From the NCBI GenBank assembly GCA_963823335.1, contig CAWGLD010000001.1, positions 672,001 to 736,000 on the forward strand: DNA of 64,000 nucleotides. The letters run 5' to 3'. The DNA is from an uncultured delta proteobacterium. Its GTDB lineage: Bacteria; Desulfobacterota; Desulfobacteria; Desulfobacterales; B30-G6. This document shows, one piece after another, positions 30,087 through 39,967 of the stretch; position 1 is the stretch's first letter; each line of letters begins with the position of its first letter. Below the pieces are notes generated by a model. That model made no database searches. It was not told the DNA's origin and saw nothing but the letters and a program-made list of their open reading frames with translations. Both the position numbers and the translations under genes were made by a program.

Positions 30087-30115
30087 ATAATAGGCTGTAA
30101 AATTTACGATGTCAA
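30087..30115 (-). promoter_or_regulatory. Sigma70-type promoter predicting a leaderless mRNA for the AAA/DUF4143 gene
   Basis: TTGACA-17 bp-TATTAT, then 6 nt to ATG; no SD. Confidence 0.65.
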
Positions 30116-30239
30116 CATAAAATATACATCAGTATCGCCTTTTGTAAAACAGGGATTCGATGCAAAAGTCATTGCCTGACAAGCCTAACCAACCCCCGTT
30201 TCAAGGTCTGATCGATCACCTTGCCTTGGGCGAACCATG

Positions 30240-31463
30240 TTAGTCACGTCCGTCTTTATATGTTTCCTCCACGGTTACACCTAATTTGGCCAGTTCCTTG
30301 AAATAATAGGTCCGGGCTTTCTTTTCGAGCTGCTCTGGAACGTACAATCCTTTTTTCGTAAAAACGTCCTCCACCATCATTTTTACAAAAACCGCCGCAC
30401 ATTGCCCTGTCATAAAAGCCTCATGGGTCAATCCGGAGCTCTTGAAAGCATCAACCAGACCCGGTGCGTTGGCATAGGTATCGACCCGGACAGGTTTACC
30501 ATTCTTGAAGCCATCGACCCGGACAAGAAAGGCGGCTTCTTCGGTGATCACCCCTTCATCGATAATGCTCTGTATTTCATCTGAATATTTAGGGGCAGGC
30601 GGGCAGAGTTCCAGAACCAGGTCCATGGGTATCACGGAAGCACCATTGACGGTCACCGGCTTGGTGGAGAGCAGTCCGAGCTTATACAGATCTTCGGACA
30701 GCTCGACCCCGGACCCGCCGTACTTGAATTCGACATTTTTAACACCTTTGAGGGCTTTATCGGCCATCAGTCCCATGGTAACAGGCTCATCATGTTCATG
30801 GTCGACCAACCGTACCGGGTGGTCGATCCCCTTGAATTTCATCCAGATAGGTCGGCTAAAGGGTTTGTCTATGATGTGCTCCCCGTCCTCATAGCGAAAT
30901 GTTTTGTAGGCCATGTCTCCGAAAGCCACTTCCGGCGACCACCAGAAAGGCGTAAACCGCTTGGTCTTCAAGCCCTCGTATACATATATGCCGATGGTGT
31001 CGCATGAATCCATTTTTTCGACTGCCTCCCTGGCCATGACGTTGGCCAGGCCGGGGGCGGAGCCTCCACCGAGAAGCGCTGACAGACCCTTTGCCTTGAA
31101 TTTTCGATGCCATTTTGTAAACATCATCTGATAGCTTTCAACAAAACCGACGTCTTCCATGGGGCCGGCCATGTCAAAATAGGACGCATTCACGGCCAGA
31201 GCCGCTTCCATGATGTTCAGGTTGTACTCCAGGGGCAACCCGTTCACTATCAGGTCACAGCCCTGAGCAGCTTGAATCACGTTATCGACATCGCTGGCGT
31301 CCAACTGGAGCGCCTTGGCCTTTTTTAAAGAGCCGCTCAATTTTTGGGCGGCTTTCTGATCATAATCCGCACAGATAATTTCCGATACCTGGGGATGTTC
31401 ATCCATCCTTTTGGCGATGGTGCTTCCTTGAGCGCCAACACCGACCACAATTATTTTTTTCAC
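30240..31463 (-). CDS. Saccharopine dehydrogenase-family NAD(P)-dependent oxidoreductase
   Basis: Rossmann GVGAQG, IICAD, YFDMAG, GSAPGLANV, WSPE, HEHDE; GTG start with AAGGAAG RBS. Confidence 0.85.
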   Translation of the reverse strand: MKKIIVVGVGAQGSTIAKRMDEHPQVSEIICADYDQKAAQKLSGSLKKAKALQLDASDVDNVIQAAQGCDLIVNGLPLEYNLNIMEAALAVNASYFDMAGPMEDVGFVESYQMMFTKWHRKFKAKGLSALLGGGSAPGLANVMAREAVEKMDSCDTIGIYVYEGLKTKRFTPFWWSPEVAFGDMAYKTFRYEDGEHIIDKPFSRPIWMKFKGIDHPVRLVDHEHDEPVTMGLMADKALKGVKNVEFKYGGSGVELSEDLYKLGLLSTKPVTVNGASVIPMDLVLELCPPAPKYSDEIQSIIDEGVITEEAAFLVRVDGFKNGKPVRVDTYANAPGLVDAFKSSGLTHEAFMTGQCAAVFVKMMVEDVFTKKGLYVPEQLEKKARTYYFKELAKLGVTVEETYKDGRD

Positions 31464-31509
31464 AATTCTTCCTTTCAATTTGTAATGATTGTGTGTTAGT
31501 TTTGCCAAA

Positions 31510-31538
31510 ATAGTAGGCCGCCCATGTTCGTTTGTCAA
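31510..31538 (-). promoter_or_regulatory. Sigma70-type promoter of the saccharopine dehydrogenase-like gene
   Basis: TTGACA-17 bp-TACTAT. Confidence 0.7.
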
Positions 31539-31631
31539 TAAAAATATATCATAATTCGGCGGATATGGTTAAATTACTATAAAATAAACGCGGATTACGA
31601 TGGAAAATAACTATTGATCCGGGAGGACCCC

Positions 31632-32117
31632 ATGATGAAAAAAGAGAAAAAGACCAGCAGGAAAAAGATTGACCGGGTCGATCAAGACATGATCCGATTG
31701 CTCCAAAAAGATGGACGAATGTCGATTGTAGATATCGCCAAGGAACTCGGTATTTCAGAAACCACGGCCCGTACCCGCCTCAAGCGCTTGATCCGTAAAG
31801 AAATTATCAATGTGGTGGCGGTCAGCAATCCCATCAAACTCGGGTTTGAAATCATCGGCAATCTCAAACTCACCATCGATCTTAAAAAGAAAGACCATAT
31901 CCTGAGCAGGCTGGTCAAAAACGACAAATTGAATTATATTGCGCTGACCACCGGTGGAACAGACCTGGACGTCGAGTTTATCGCTCGTTCTCTGGATGAA
32001 TTCAAGGCTTTGATTTTTAATGAAATACCCAATATCGACGGTGTCATATCGCTTGACACGTCTTTGATTGTGGAAATCGTCAAAGACACGTGGGATTTTG
32101 GAACAGCATGGGATTGA
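31632..32117 (+). CDS. Lrp/AsnC-family transcriptional regulator
   Basis: IDRVDQDMIRLLQKDGRMS..IAKELGISETTARTRLKRL; TTGGTDL RAM domain; GGAGG RBS. Confidence 0.93.
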   Translation: MMKKEKKTSRKKIDRVDQDMIRLLQKDGRMSIVDIAKELGISETTARTRLKRLIRKEIINVVAVSNPIKLGFEIIGNLKLTIDLKKKDHILSRLVKNDKLNYIALTTGGTDLDVEFIARSLDEFKALIFNEIPNIDGVISLDTSLIVEIVKDTWDFGTAWD

Positions 32118-32136
32118 TCGGGAGCGGAGCCCTCTT

Positions 32137-32760
32137 TTAGATTCCCACAAACGGATTGGTGCGTTTCTCCCGACCGATGGTCGTGAGTCCCATATGCCCC
32201 GGGTAAACCGTGACATCGTCATCGAGGGTAAAGAGCTTTTCCTGTATACTTGCCTTTAATACGCCAAAATCTCCCCCGGGAAAATCGGTCCTTCCAATGG
32301 ATCCCGCAAAGAGGGTATCCCCGACGAATACGGCTTTGCCTGCATGCAGAGAAATGCCGCCAGGGGTGTGCCCCGGGGTATGGATCACCGTTAAGGCAAT
32401 ATTGCCCACCTGCACCACATCGCCATGGGCAACTGTGCGGTCCGGGGGAGGTGAATTATCGGAAGACATGCCCCACGCCGCAGCCGTTGCCGACAGCTGA
32501 GACAACATGGGCGCATCCAGTGAATGGATCAACAGCTCCGCCCCGGTTACCTCTTTCATGCGCTGGTTGGCACTCACATGATCAAAATGACCATGGGTGT
32601 TGATAATTGTCTTTACCGTCAGGCCGGCCTCCGCCAAAACCATTAAAATTCTGTCGGCTTCGTCTCCGGGATCAATTACCGCCGCTGCCTTGGTTTCTTC
32701 GCAGCCCACGATATAACAGTTTGCCATAATCGGTCCGACAGTCAGGTCCTTGATGATCAA
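32137..32760 (-). CDS. MBL-fold metallo-hydrolase (glyoxalase II-like)
   Basis: THGHFDH, HTPGHTPG, GDTLFAGSIGRTD, PGH. Confidence 0.92.
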   Translation of the reverse strand: MIIKDLTVGPIMANCYIVGCEETKAAAVIDPGDEADRILMVLAEAGLTVKTIINTHGHFDHVSANQRMKEVTGAELLIHSLDAPMLSQLSATAAAWGMSSDNSPPPDRTVAHGDVVQVGNIALTVIHTPGHTPGGISLHAGKAVFVGDTLFAGSIGRTDFPGGDFGVLKASIQEKLFTLDDDVTVYPGHMGLTTIGREKRTNPFVGI

Positions 32761-32769
32761 TGGTGCCTC

Positions 32770-33456
32770 CTATTGTCTTTGCTTCGCCTGTTCAATAAGA
32801 TCGAGAATGCTCGCGATCTTGTCAGGGGGTCTGGCCTCTGTAAATGATTTGAATGCCGCTTCGGACATGTTGTTCTCCAGATAGGTCTGAACATCAAACG
32901 TCTCCCACCAGCAATCCATGATCTTGAAACACGGCATGCCCCCCTCGCCGGTTGTCCTGCAGTAGCTGAAGGGAACCGGTCCGCCAAGCCGCGGGCAACG
33001 CCGTTCCAATGAGTCTTTGTCATCGACTGTTTTCATTTTCATGTCACCTTTTTCAATGGCGATCCGAAGAGAGTCCAGAATACCGTTGATGAATGGGCCG
33101 GATTCGTGGGTACCATATTTTTTCCCGATGTCGATGGCTTCATTAATGGAGACCTTGATGGGGATATCTTCACAATACAGCATCTCGAACACCGCAATCC
33201 GCAATATGTTTCTGTCGACATGCGGCATGCGATGAAGTTTCCAGTTGCTGGAAAAATGCTCGATGGTCGAATCGATCTCGCCCTTTGATTGTCTGACACC
33301 CTCCACCAGCTTTCGAAAAAAGGGAACAGCTTGCTTGGAGGGCGAAAAATTGCTGTAAAAATCATCCAGGCCCTGAACGGAGTCATCCTGAATCATATCC
33401 AGATAAAAAAGAGCCTGCATGGCGTGTTCTCTTGCTTTTCGCCGGTTCCCCGTCAT
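32770..33456 (-). CDS. nusB: Transcription antitermination factor NusB with a ~90-aa Cys-rich C-terminal extension (possibly a separate gene from 33042)
   Basis: RRKAREHAMQALF, VDRNILR, VSINEAIDIGK, FINGILD; then RRCPRLG...C...C...CWW. Confidence 0.9.
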   Translation of the reverse strand: MTGNRRKAREHAMQALFYLDMIQDDSVQGLDDFYSNFSPSKQAVPFFRKLVEGVRQSKGEIDSTIEHFSSNWKLHRMPHVDRNILRIAVFEMLYCEDIPIKVSINEAIDIGKKYGTHESGPFINGILDSLRIAIEKGDMKMKTVDDKDSLERRCPRLGGPVPFSYCRTTGEGGMPCFKIMDCWWETFDVQTYLENNMSEAAFKSFTEARPPDKIASILDLIEQAKQRQ

Positions 33457-33461
33457 GATGC

Positions 33462-33929
33462 TTAACCGATGGTCTCTAGAAGATTGGCCATCTCCACGGC
33501 CGCCATGGCAGCGCTGAAACCCTTGTTGCCGGCCTTGGTTCCCGCCCGCTCGATGGCCTGCTCGAGGGTATCGGCTGTAATTATACCGAAAATGACCGGA
33601 ATTTCCGATTCGATGCTGACCATGGCAATGCCCTTGGAAACCTCCGCGCTAACATAGTCGAAATGCGGTGTCGCTCCACGAATAACGGCCCCCAGACAGA
33701 TAACCGCATCATATTTCTTCTTCTGGGCCATCTTTTTGGCAATCAAGGGAATCTCAAAGGCGCCGGGCACCTTAACAACATCAATATCATCATCTTTGCC
33801 GCCACATCTCACCAGCGCATCCACGGCACCTCCGACGAGTCGCTCTGTAATGAAATCATTGAATCGACTCACCACAACAGCAAATTTTTTCCCTTCTGCA
33901 ATTAGATTGGCTTCAACAATTTTTGGCAT
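33462..33929 (-). CDS. ribH: 6,7-dimethyl-8-ribityllumazine synthase
   Basis: [34 protein letters not shown]. Confidence 0.97.
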   Translation of the reverse strand: MPKIVEANLIAEGKKFAVVVSRFNDFITERLVGGAVDALVRCGGKDDDIDVVKVPGAFEIPLIAKKMAQKKKYDAVICLGAVIRGATPHFDYVSAEVSKGIAMVSIESEIPVIFGIITADTLEQAIERAGTKAGNKGFSAAMAAVEMANLLETIG

Positions 33930-34053
33930 TCTTCTCCTCCGGATTTATGGTATAACAAGGGTCCAAGTGTTTGTTTTCCAGCTTTTCTGCATAACGTTTA
34001 CCCTTTTATAACTTAAGTGTTTCACTCGAACCCTGGGACCCTGGAATCCTAAA

Positions 34054-35268
34054 TTAGGACTCACACATGCTCAAAATATGCCCCATTTTCAACTTCTTGC
34101 ATTCAAGGTAGCCCTTGTTGTGCTTGTTGGGTTCGATTTCGATGGGGATCTGTTCGGTGACACTGAGGCCGTAACCCTCGAGACCGACCATTTTCTTGGG
34201 GTTATTGGTCAAGAGACGCATCTTTTTCACACCAAGCGATACCAGGATTTGCGCCCCGATACCATATTCCCTGAGATCGTCCTTGAAACCAAGCTCCTGG
34301 TTGGCCTCAACAGTATCGAGCCCGTGGTTTTGCTGAAGTTCATAGGCCTTCAATTTGTTGACAAGGCCGATACCCCTTCCCTCCTGGCGCATGTAGACAA
34401 TGACACCGGTTCCTTCCGCCTCTATCATCGCCATGGCCATGTGAAGCTGATCAGCGCAATCACATCGCATGGATCCGAAAATATCGCCGGTCATGCATTC
34501 GGAGTGAACCCGAACCAGAATAGGTTGTTCTGAATCGATGGTTCCCTTTACCAGTGCAATATGCGTCAGGTCGTCGATATCGTTTTCAAAGGCCAGGATG
34601 TCGAAGTCGCCCCCAAAGGCCGTGGGGATGCGCGTCTGAACCGCCATCCTTACAAAACATTCCGTACGTGTCCGATACGCCACAAGATCCGCTATGGTGC
34701 AGATGCCGATCCCATGCAAATCACTGAACTTTTCAAGGGCCGGCATGCGGGCCATGGTACCATCTTCATCCATGATTTCACAAATCACCGCCGCCGGTTT
34801 CAAACCGGCCAGACGGGCCAGATCCACGGAACCTTCTGTCTGTCCGACCCTGACCATGACACCGCCATCTCTTGCTCTCAAAGGGAAAATATGACCTGGC
34901 CGCGCCAGATCGCCCGGTTTTGAATTGTCCGCCACTGCCGCACGGATGGTCGTGGCACGATCAGCCGCTGAAATCCCCGTTGTGACACCTGTCTTGGCTT
35001 CTATGGAAACTGTAAAACCGGTTTGAAAACGTGATGTGTTTTCATTGACCATCAAGGGTAGTTCAAGGACATCGCACTTGTCACTCGTCATGGGAAGACA
35101 AATCAGTCCCCGGCCGAATTTGGCCATAAAATTGATGGCCTCGGGAGTCACGGCTTCGGCGGCTATACAGAGATCACCTTCATTCTCTCTGTCTTCGTCA
35201 TCGACGAGAATGACCATCCCGCCGGCTTTAATCTTTTCAATTGCTTCTTCAGTACTCAAATGGGGCAT
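34054..35268 (-). CDS. ribBA: Bifunctional DHBP synthase / GTP cyclohydrolase II
   Basis: [27 protein letters not shown]...[17 protein letters not shown]. Confidence 0.97.
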   Translation of the reverse strand: MPHLSTEEAIEKIKAGGMVILVDDEDRENEGDLCIAAEAVTPEAINFMAKFGRGLICLPMTSDKCDVLELPLMVNENTSRFQTGFTVSIEAKTGVTTGISAADRATTIRAAVADNSKPGDLARPGHIFPLRARDGGVMVRVGQTEGSVDLARLAGLKPAAVICEIMDEDGTMARMPALEKFSDLHGIGICTIADLVAYRTRTECFVRMAVQTRIPTAFGGDFDILAFENDIDDLTHIALVKGTIDSEQPILVRVHSECMTGDIFGSMRCDCADQLHMAMAMIEAEGTGVIVYMRQEGRGIGLVNKLKAYELQQNHGLDTVEANQELGFKDDLREYGIGAQILVSLGVKKMRLLTNNPKKMVGLEGYGLSVTEQIPIEIEPNKHNKGYLECKKLKMGHILSMCES

Positions 35269-35278
35269 TCTGAAACTC

Positions 35279-35950
35279 CTATAGTCCCGTATTAAGGAAA
35301 CCCGTCTTTGCCAGCAGACTCATGTCCAGGGCAGCTCCGCTGTTTCCCTTTGTCTTGTTTTGATAGTGTAACAAAAAACGTTCCACGTATTTGCCGATCA
35401 TATCGGTTTCGATGTTAACCTGTTCACCCACCTGTTTATAACCGATGGTAGTCAGTACGCCGGTGTGCGGAATAATGCTGACGTCGAAATGTGTATGTGT
35501 ACAGTGGTTCACGGTAAGACTGATGCCGTCCACCGCTATGGAGCCTTTTTGGATGATGTAGGGGCTCAGGGACGGCGGCACCTCAATGGTAATGACAAGT
35601 GCATTTCCACTCGGTTTCCTGCTCTTGATCATCCCGATACAATCCACATGGCCAGAGACAAAGTGACCGTCGAGCCTACCGGTCAGCATCAGCGCCCGCT
35701 CGATGTTGACACGCTCTCCGACCTTTGTTTTTTGAAATGTCGTTCTGTGAAGTGTTTCGGGAGACACGTCCGCCTGAAAACGCCGGCCTTCAACAGTGAC
35801 GGCTGTCAAACAGGCCCCGCTGATGGAGAGGCTGTCTCCGATTTTTGTGTCACCCAGGCTGAAGTCAGCATCAACGGTCAAACGTCTGCCAAGCCCGGAC
35901 GGACGAATTCCCACCACACTGCCCAAGCCTTCGATGATTCCTGTAAACAT
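35279..35950 (-). CDS. ribE: Riboflavin synthase (alpha chain)
   Basis: MFTGIIE, GACLT, VNIERA, GHFVSGHVD, DGISLTV. Confidence 0.97.
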   Translation of the reverse strand: MFTGIIEGLGSVVGIRPSGLGRRLTVDADFSLGDTKIGDSLSISGACLTAVTVEGRRFQADVSPETLHRTTFQKTKVGERVNIERALMLTGRLDGHFVSGHVDCIGMIKSRKPSGNALVITIEVPPSLSPYIIQKGSIAVDGISLTVNHCTHTHFDVSIIPHTGVLTTIGYKQVGEQVNIETDMIGKYVERFLLHYQNKTKGNSGAALDMSLLAKTGFLNTGL

Positions 35951-36032
35951 TAAATCCTGCGTTTAAATTAGTTAAACCCTGAGGCTGTAATCCAATACCA
36001 TTAACGTTAGCGATCCTGTCGTTTAAAAAGAA

Positions 36033-36162
36033 AATATCGAAAATTGAACAAGATATTTCGAACCGCAGAAGTAAAATAACTCACGTCGAATTTCGATATT
36101 TCTTGTTCGACATTCTGCGGTTCATTTTGAACCCGCTGTAAATCATCATGATGATTTACAGC
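36033..36162. repeat. Intergenic inverted repeat cluster plus a perfect 28-bp palindrome
   Basis: GAACAAGA/TCTTGTTC and GAACCGCAGAA/TTCTGCGGTTC arms; GCTGTAAATCATCATGATGATTTACAGC at 36135-36162. Confidence 0.65.
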
Positions 36163-36277
36163 CCTGTAATATATACACGATTAACCCGACAAGCAACCTA
36201 CAGACATCAATTTGTTCATGATAAGGGAAAAACAGAACGTATGCTGCATGTCAAATCTCGTCTGTTTTGAAGTCAGG

Positions 36278-37387
36278 TTACGATAATCCCATATACCCTG
36301 TTATCATAATATCGTCATCAAACCTTCGAACCGTTATCCCGTTGACCGGCCAAGCCCCCTGCATCAGCTCCGGTCCCTTGCCCCTGCATATGGGAACACC
36401 GTCGTTTCCTCCCAGCAGTTTGGGTGCATAGAAAAACATGATTTTATCCACAATACCGGCCGAAACAGACGATGCCATGATGCCACCCCCGCCTTCGATA
36501 AGCAAGCTGGTGATATGATTTCGCCCCAGCAGAGGCATCAACTGTGGCAGATCCACGCGGCCCTGGCTGACCGGCGCTTCCATCAGCCGGACGCCTGCTT
36601 TTTCCAAACGATCGCGTTTGTCTAGGGTGTCGTCAGTATGTTTGCCCGAGATTATCCACGTTTCAGCTTCGGACGTGGATTTTACAACGTTCGCCTCCTC
36701 TGAAATGGTGAGGTTTGTATCGAGAATTATTCTGATGGGGTTTTTGCCCGCCTTGTTTTGCAAGCGTGTTGTCAGACGCGGATTATCTTTCCGGACCGTC
36801 CCGATACCCACCAGAATGGCATCTGCCCTGTGCCGCAGACAGTGTACATACTGTCTTGCGGCCTCCCCGGTAACCCACCTACTATCACCGGTCCGGGTGG
36901 CAATCTGTCCATCCAGTGTTGCTGCGCATTTCAATGTCACAAAGGGCTGTTTTTTCTTCACGAATTTAACAAAAGCTTCATTCTGTCTTGCGGCTTCTGC
37001 CCTCAGAACCCCCGACACAACCGTAACACCCCTGGCAGCCAGATAGGCCATCCCGCCACCCTTGACATCTGGATTGGGATCTTCCATGGCCACCACAAGG
37101 CGATGTATACCGGCTTTCAGAATTTTTTCAGTACAGGGAGGGGTTCGACCGTGATGGTTGCAGGGTTCAAGGGTAACGTAGAGTGTCGCATTTTCAGCGT
37201 TGATGCCTGCATCATCGATGGCGTTGACTTCCGCGTGGGCTTTTCCAGCAGACATATGATAGCCCTTCCCGACAATGCTACCATCCTTGACAATGACCGC
37301 GCCCACCATGGGGTTTGGTGATGTTTCGCCTTGACCTTTTGACGCCAGATCAAGCGCCGTTTTCATGAAGTATTCGTCATCCTGCAT
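36278..37387 (-). CDS. ribD: Riboflavin biosynthesis deaminase/reductase (start uncertain, alternative 37435)
   Basis: PNPMVG, HAE, TLEPCNHHGRTPPC, TLDG, IEGG. Confidence 0.96.
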   Translation of the reverse strand: MQDDEYFMKTALDLASKGQGETSPNPMVGAVIVKDGSIVGKGYHMSAGKAHAEVNAIDDAGINAENATLYVTLEPCNHHGRTPPCTEKILKAGIHRLVVAMEDPNPDVKGGGMAYLAARGVTVVSGVLRAEAARQNEAFVKFVKKKQPFVTLKCAATLDGQIATRTGDSRWVTGEAARQYVHCLRHRADAILVGIGTVRKDNPRLTTRLQNKAGKNPIRIILDTNLTISEEANVVKSTSEAETWIISGKHTDDTLDKRDRLEKAGVRLMEAPVSQGRVDLPQLMPLLGRNHITSLLIEGGGGIMASSVSAGIVDKIMFFYAPKLLGGNDGVPICRGKGPELMQGAWPVNGITVRRFDDDIMITGYMGLS

Positions 37388-37477
37388 GGCATCATCGTTC
37401 AGGGTCGGTTTTTTAAGGCCGGTCACTTCATACACACGGGGACGCGCCCGACCCGGGTATTTTGCAAACCTGCTGGG

Positions 37478-37933
37478 TTACTGTTTGCTGAGAATATTTT
37501 TTAGTTCCGCGACAAAGTCGTTTACGTCCTTGAATTCACGATATACCGATGCAAAACGAACATAGGCAATATCGTCAACCTCATGAAGAATATGCATGAT
37601 TTTTTCTCCCAGAACAGACGACGGTATTTCTTTCTCACCGGTTTCCCTGAGGTCCCGCTCAAGTTCGTCCACGTATTCTTCGATGAGATTCATGCTGATA
37701 TTCCGCTTTTCACAGGCTTTCTTGAGTCCGGAGCGTACCTTGCCACGATTGAAGACCTCTCTCCTCCCGTCCTTCTTGATGATCATTATGGGAATATCCT
37801 CTATGTGCTCATAGGTTGTAAACCGCCGATTGCACATCAGGCACTCTCTACGCCTGCGAATGACATTGCCATCCTTGCTCACTCTAGAATCAATGACCTT
37901 GTTGTCAATCTCGCCACAAAATGGACATTTCAT
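37478..37933 (-). CDS. nrdR: Transcriptional repressor NrdR
   Basis: [35 protein letters not shown]. Confidence 0.98.
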   Translation of the reverse strand: MKCPFCGEIDNKVIDSRVSKDGNVIRRRRECLMCNRRFTTYEHIEDIPIMIIKKDGRREVFNRGKVRSGLKKACEKRNISMNLIEEYVDELERDLRETGEKEIPSSVLGEKIMHILHEVDDIAYVRFASVYREFKDVNDFVAELKNILSKQ

Positions 37934-37966
37934 AATTTTCCCCTTTATGTGGTATACGTGAGGCTT

Positions 37967-38425
37967 TCAGATATCAAGTTTAACAATTCCGACACCCGCC
38001 TCTGTCAGCATCTCTTCAGACATGGTGTCTGCATAACCCGACAAATAATATATGAATTTAATACCAGCGTTGATAATCATTTTTGCACAGATGGAACAGG
38101 GCAAGTTGGTGCAGTAAAGAGAGGCATCCCGGATGGAAACTCCATGAAAGGCGGCCTGAATGATGGCATTCTGCTCTGCGTGAATCCCCCTGCACAACTC
38201 GTGTCGTTCTCCCGATGGGACCTTCAACTTCTCCCGGAGACATCCGGTTTCCTGACAATGACGAACGTTGGTCGGGGCACCGTTATAACCGGTAGAAAGC
38301 ATCCGTCTGTCCTTTACCACCACCGCACCCACCGAACGTCTCAAACAGGTTGAACGTTTGGCCACCAGTACGGCAATCTCCATGAAATAGGTTTCCCACG
38401 ACGGGCGTTCGGTAATTTCAGACAT
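37967..38425 (-). CDS. Cytidine/dCMP deaminase-family protein (ComEB-like)
   Basis: [25 protein letters not shown]. Confidence 0.9.
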   Translation of the reverse strand: MSEITERPSWETYFMEIAVLVAKRSTCLRRSVGAVVVKDRRMLSTGYNGAPTNVRHCQETGCLREKLKVPSGERHELCRGIHAEQNAIIQAAFHGVSIRDASLYCTNLPCSICAKMIINAGIKFIYYLSGYADTMSEEMLTEAGVGIVKLDI

Positions 38426-38453
38426 AAGATATTATTTCCATCTTAAAATAAAT

Positions 38454-38532
38454 GTCATTAGCACTTCGCGCGGCATTATGCCCTGCGGGCGTCATTTACA
38501 CTGCGTGTGTTATTAACGCTGCGCGTGTCATT
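38454..38532. repeat. Tandem 18-19 bp repeats, each with a 4-bp stem and triloop mini-hairpin
   Basis: GTCATT-like leader followed by GCAC-TTC-GCGC, GCCC-TGC-GGGC, ACAC-TGC-GTGT, ACGC-TGC-GCGT. Confidence 0.7.
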
Positions 38533-38674
38533 CATTGTTGCTATCAGCTATCAATTACCCTCCAACCCTTCAAGCCTCGGACCCTCAAACCTAACACCTG
38601 AAACAGTTAATGCTGCTGTCCGCTTAACTGTCAGCCACCCTCGAACCCCTGTATCACCCTCGAACCCTCGGATC

Positions 38675-39928
38675 CTACGTTGTATATATCGGAAAAGCAG
38701 TACAGAGTTCCCTGGCCTGGTTGCTCACTTTCTGAATGACATCCTGGTTATCAATATTCCGGAACACGTCGAGTATCATCTTGGCAATCAGGGCCATCTC
38801 CGGTTCTTTCAATCCTCTGGTTGTGATAGCCGGTGTTCCGATGCGGACACCGCTGGTGATGGCCGGACCAAGGGTGTCAAAAGGGATGCTATTTTTATTG
38901 ACGGTAATTCCCGCCAGACAAAGTGCTGCCTCGGCATCTTTTCCAGTAATACCCAGGTTGCGCAGATCCACCAGCAGCATATGATTGTCCGTGCCACCGG
39001 ACACGAGATTGACCCCGCCGGCCATCAAGTGTTCCGACAATGCCCTGGCATTTTTAACGGTCTGTATCTGGCATGTTTTGAAATCGTCCGACAACGCTTC
39101 CTGGAAAGCCGCTGCTTTTGCTGCAATGACATGCATCAACGGCCCCCCCTGGATACCGGGGAATATTTCCTTGTTCAATCGCCGGCTATATTCCATTTTG
39201 GAGAGAATCAAACCCCCTCTCGGGCCCCGGAGCGTTTTGTGGGTCGTCGATGTCGTCACATCTGCATAGGGTATGGGGGAAGGGTGAACACCCGCGGCAA
39301 CCAGGCCGGCAATGTGAGCCATGTCCACCATCAGGTACGCACCAACAGAGGCTGCAATGTCGGCAAACTGTTTGAAGTCGATGATGCGGGGATAGGCACT
39401 GGCTCCGGCAACGATCATTTTCGGCTGATGTTGTTCAGCCAGCGCCTTCAAGTGGTCATAGTCGATGATGCCTGTATCCGGATGTACGCCGTAATGAACA
39501 AAATGAAAAAGACGACCCGAAAAACTGACAGGGCTTCCATGGGTCAAGTGGCCCCCATGAGACAGGTCCATGCCCAGGATGGTATCCCCCATCTTCAGCA
39601 ATGCAAAGTAAACCGCCATGTTGGCCTGTGAACCCGAGTGCGGCTGCACATTGACATAGGATGCCTGGAAAAGCTTTTTGGCGCGTTCTATGGCCAGCGT
39701 TTCCGCCAGGTCTACGAACTCGCAGCCACCATAATAGCGCTTGTCAGGATATCCTTCCGCATATTTGTTGGTCAGGACACTTCCCTGTATGGCCATGACC
39801 GAACGACTGACGATATTTTCCGATGCAATCAGTTCCAGGTTGAACTGCTGACGGTTCAGTTCTTTTTCAAGAGCCGCCGCCAATTCAGGATCCGATGCTC
39901 TTATCATTTGAATATCCAACGAATACAC
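38675..39928 (-). CDS. glyA: Serine hydroxymethyltransferase
   Basis: [38 protein letters not shown]. Confidence 0.98.
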   Translation of the reverse strand: MYSLDIQMIRASDPELAAALEKELNRQQFNLELIASENIVSRSVMAIQGSVLTNKYAEGYPDKRYYGGCEFVDLAETLAIERAKKLFQASYVNVQPHSGSQANMAVYFALLKMGDTILGMDLSHGGHLTHGSPVSFSGRLFHFVHYGVHPDTGIIDYDHLKALAEQHQPKMIVAGASAYPRIIDFKQFADIAASVGAYLMVDMAHIAGLVAAGVHPSPIPYADVTTSTTHKTLRGPRGGLILSKMEYSRRLNKEIFPGIQGGPLMHVIAAKAAAFQEALSDDFKTCQIQTVKNARALSEHLMAGGVNLVSGGTDNHMLLVDLRNLGITGKDAEAALCLAGITVNKNSIPFDTLGPAITSGVRIGTPAITTRGLKEPEMALIAKMILDVFRNIDNQDVIQKVSNQARELCTAFPIYTT

Positions 39929-39967
39929 CCCCTTAAATAACTTAAAACATGACGTCTCATCTGCCCC

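Noticed and set aside
30097-30107. GTAAAATTTAC as a third binding site for the sigma54 activator
   Set aside because: One base shorter than the UAS palindromes, single copy, and inside a sigma70-type promoter; chance or a different regulator is more likely
35951-36277. FMN riboswitch in the rib operon spacer
   Set aside because: No RFN consensus segments recognised on the minus strand; the content is explained by repeats
38454-38670. CRISPR array
   Set aside because: Units are degenerate, under 20 bp, lack unique 30-40 bp spacers, and no cas genes are present
38507-39631. 374-aa plus-strand ORF and other long antisense ORFs (e.g. 10948-11721, 37583-38353, 43964-44755)
   Set aside because: Shadow frames opposite well-supported genes, with no recognisable motifs
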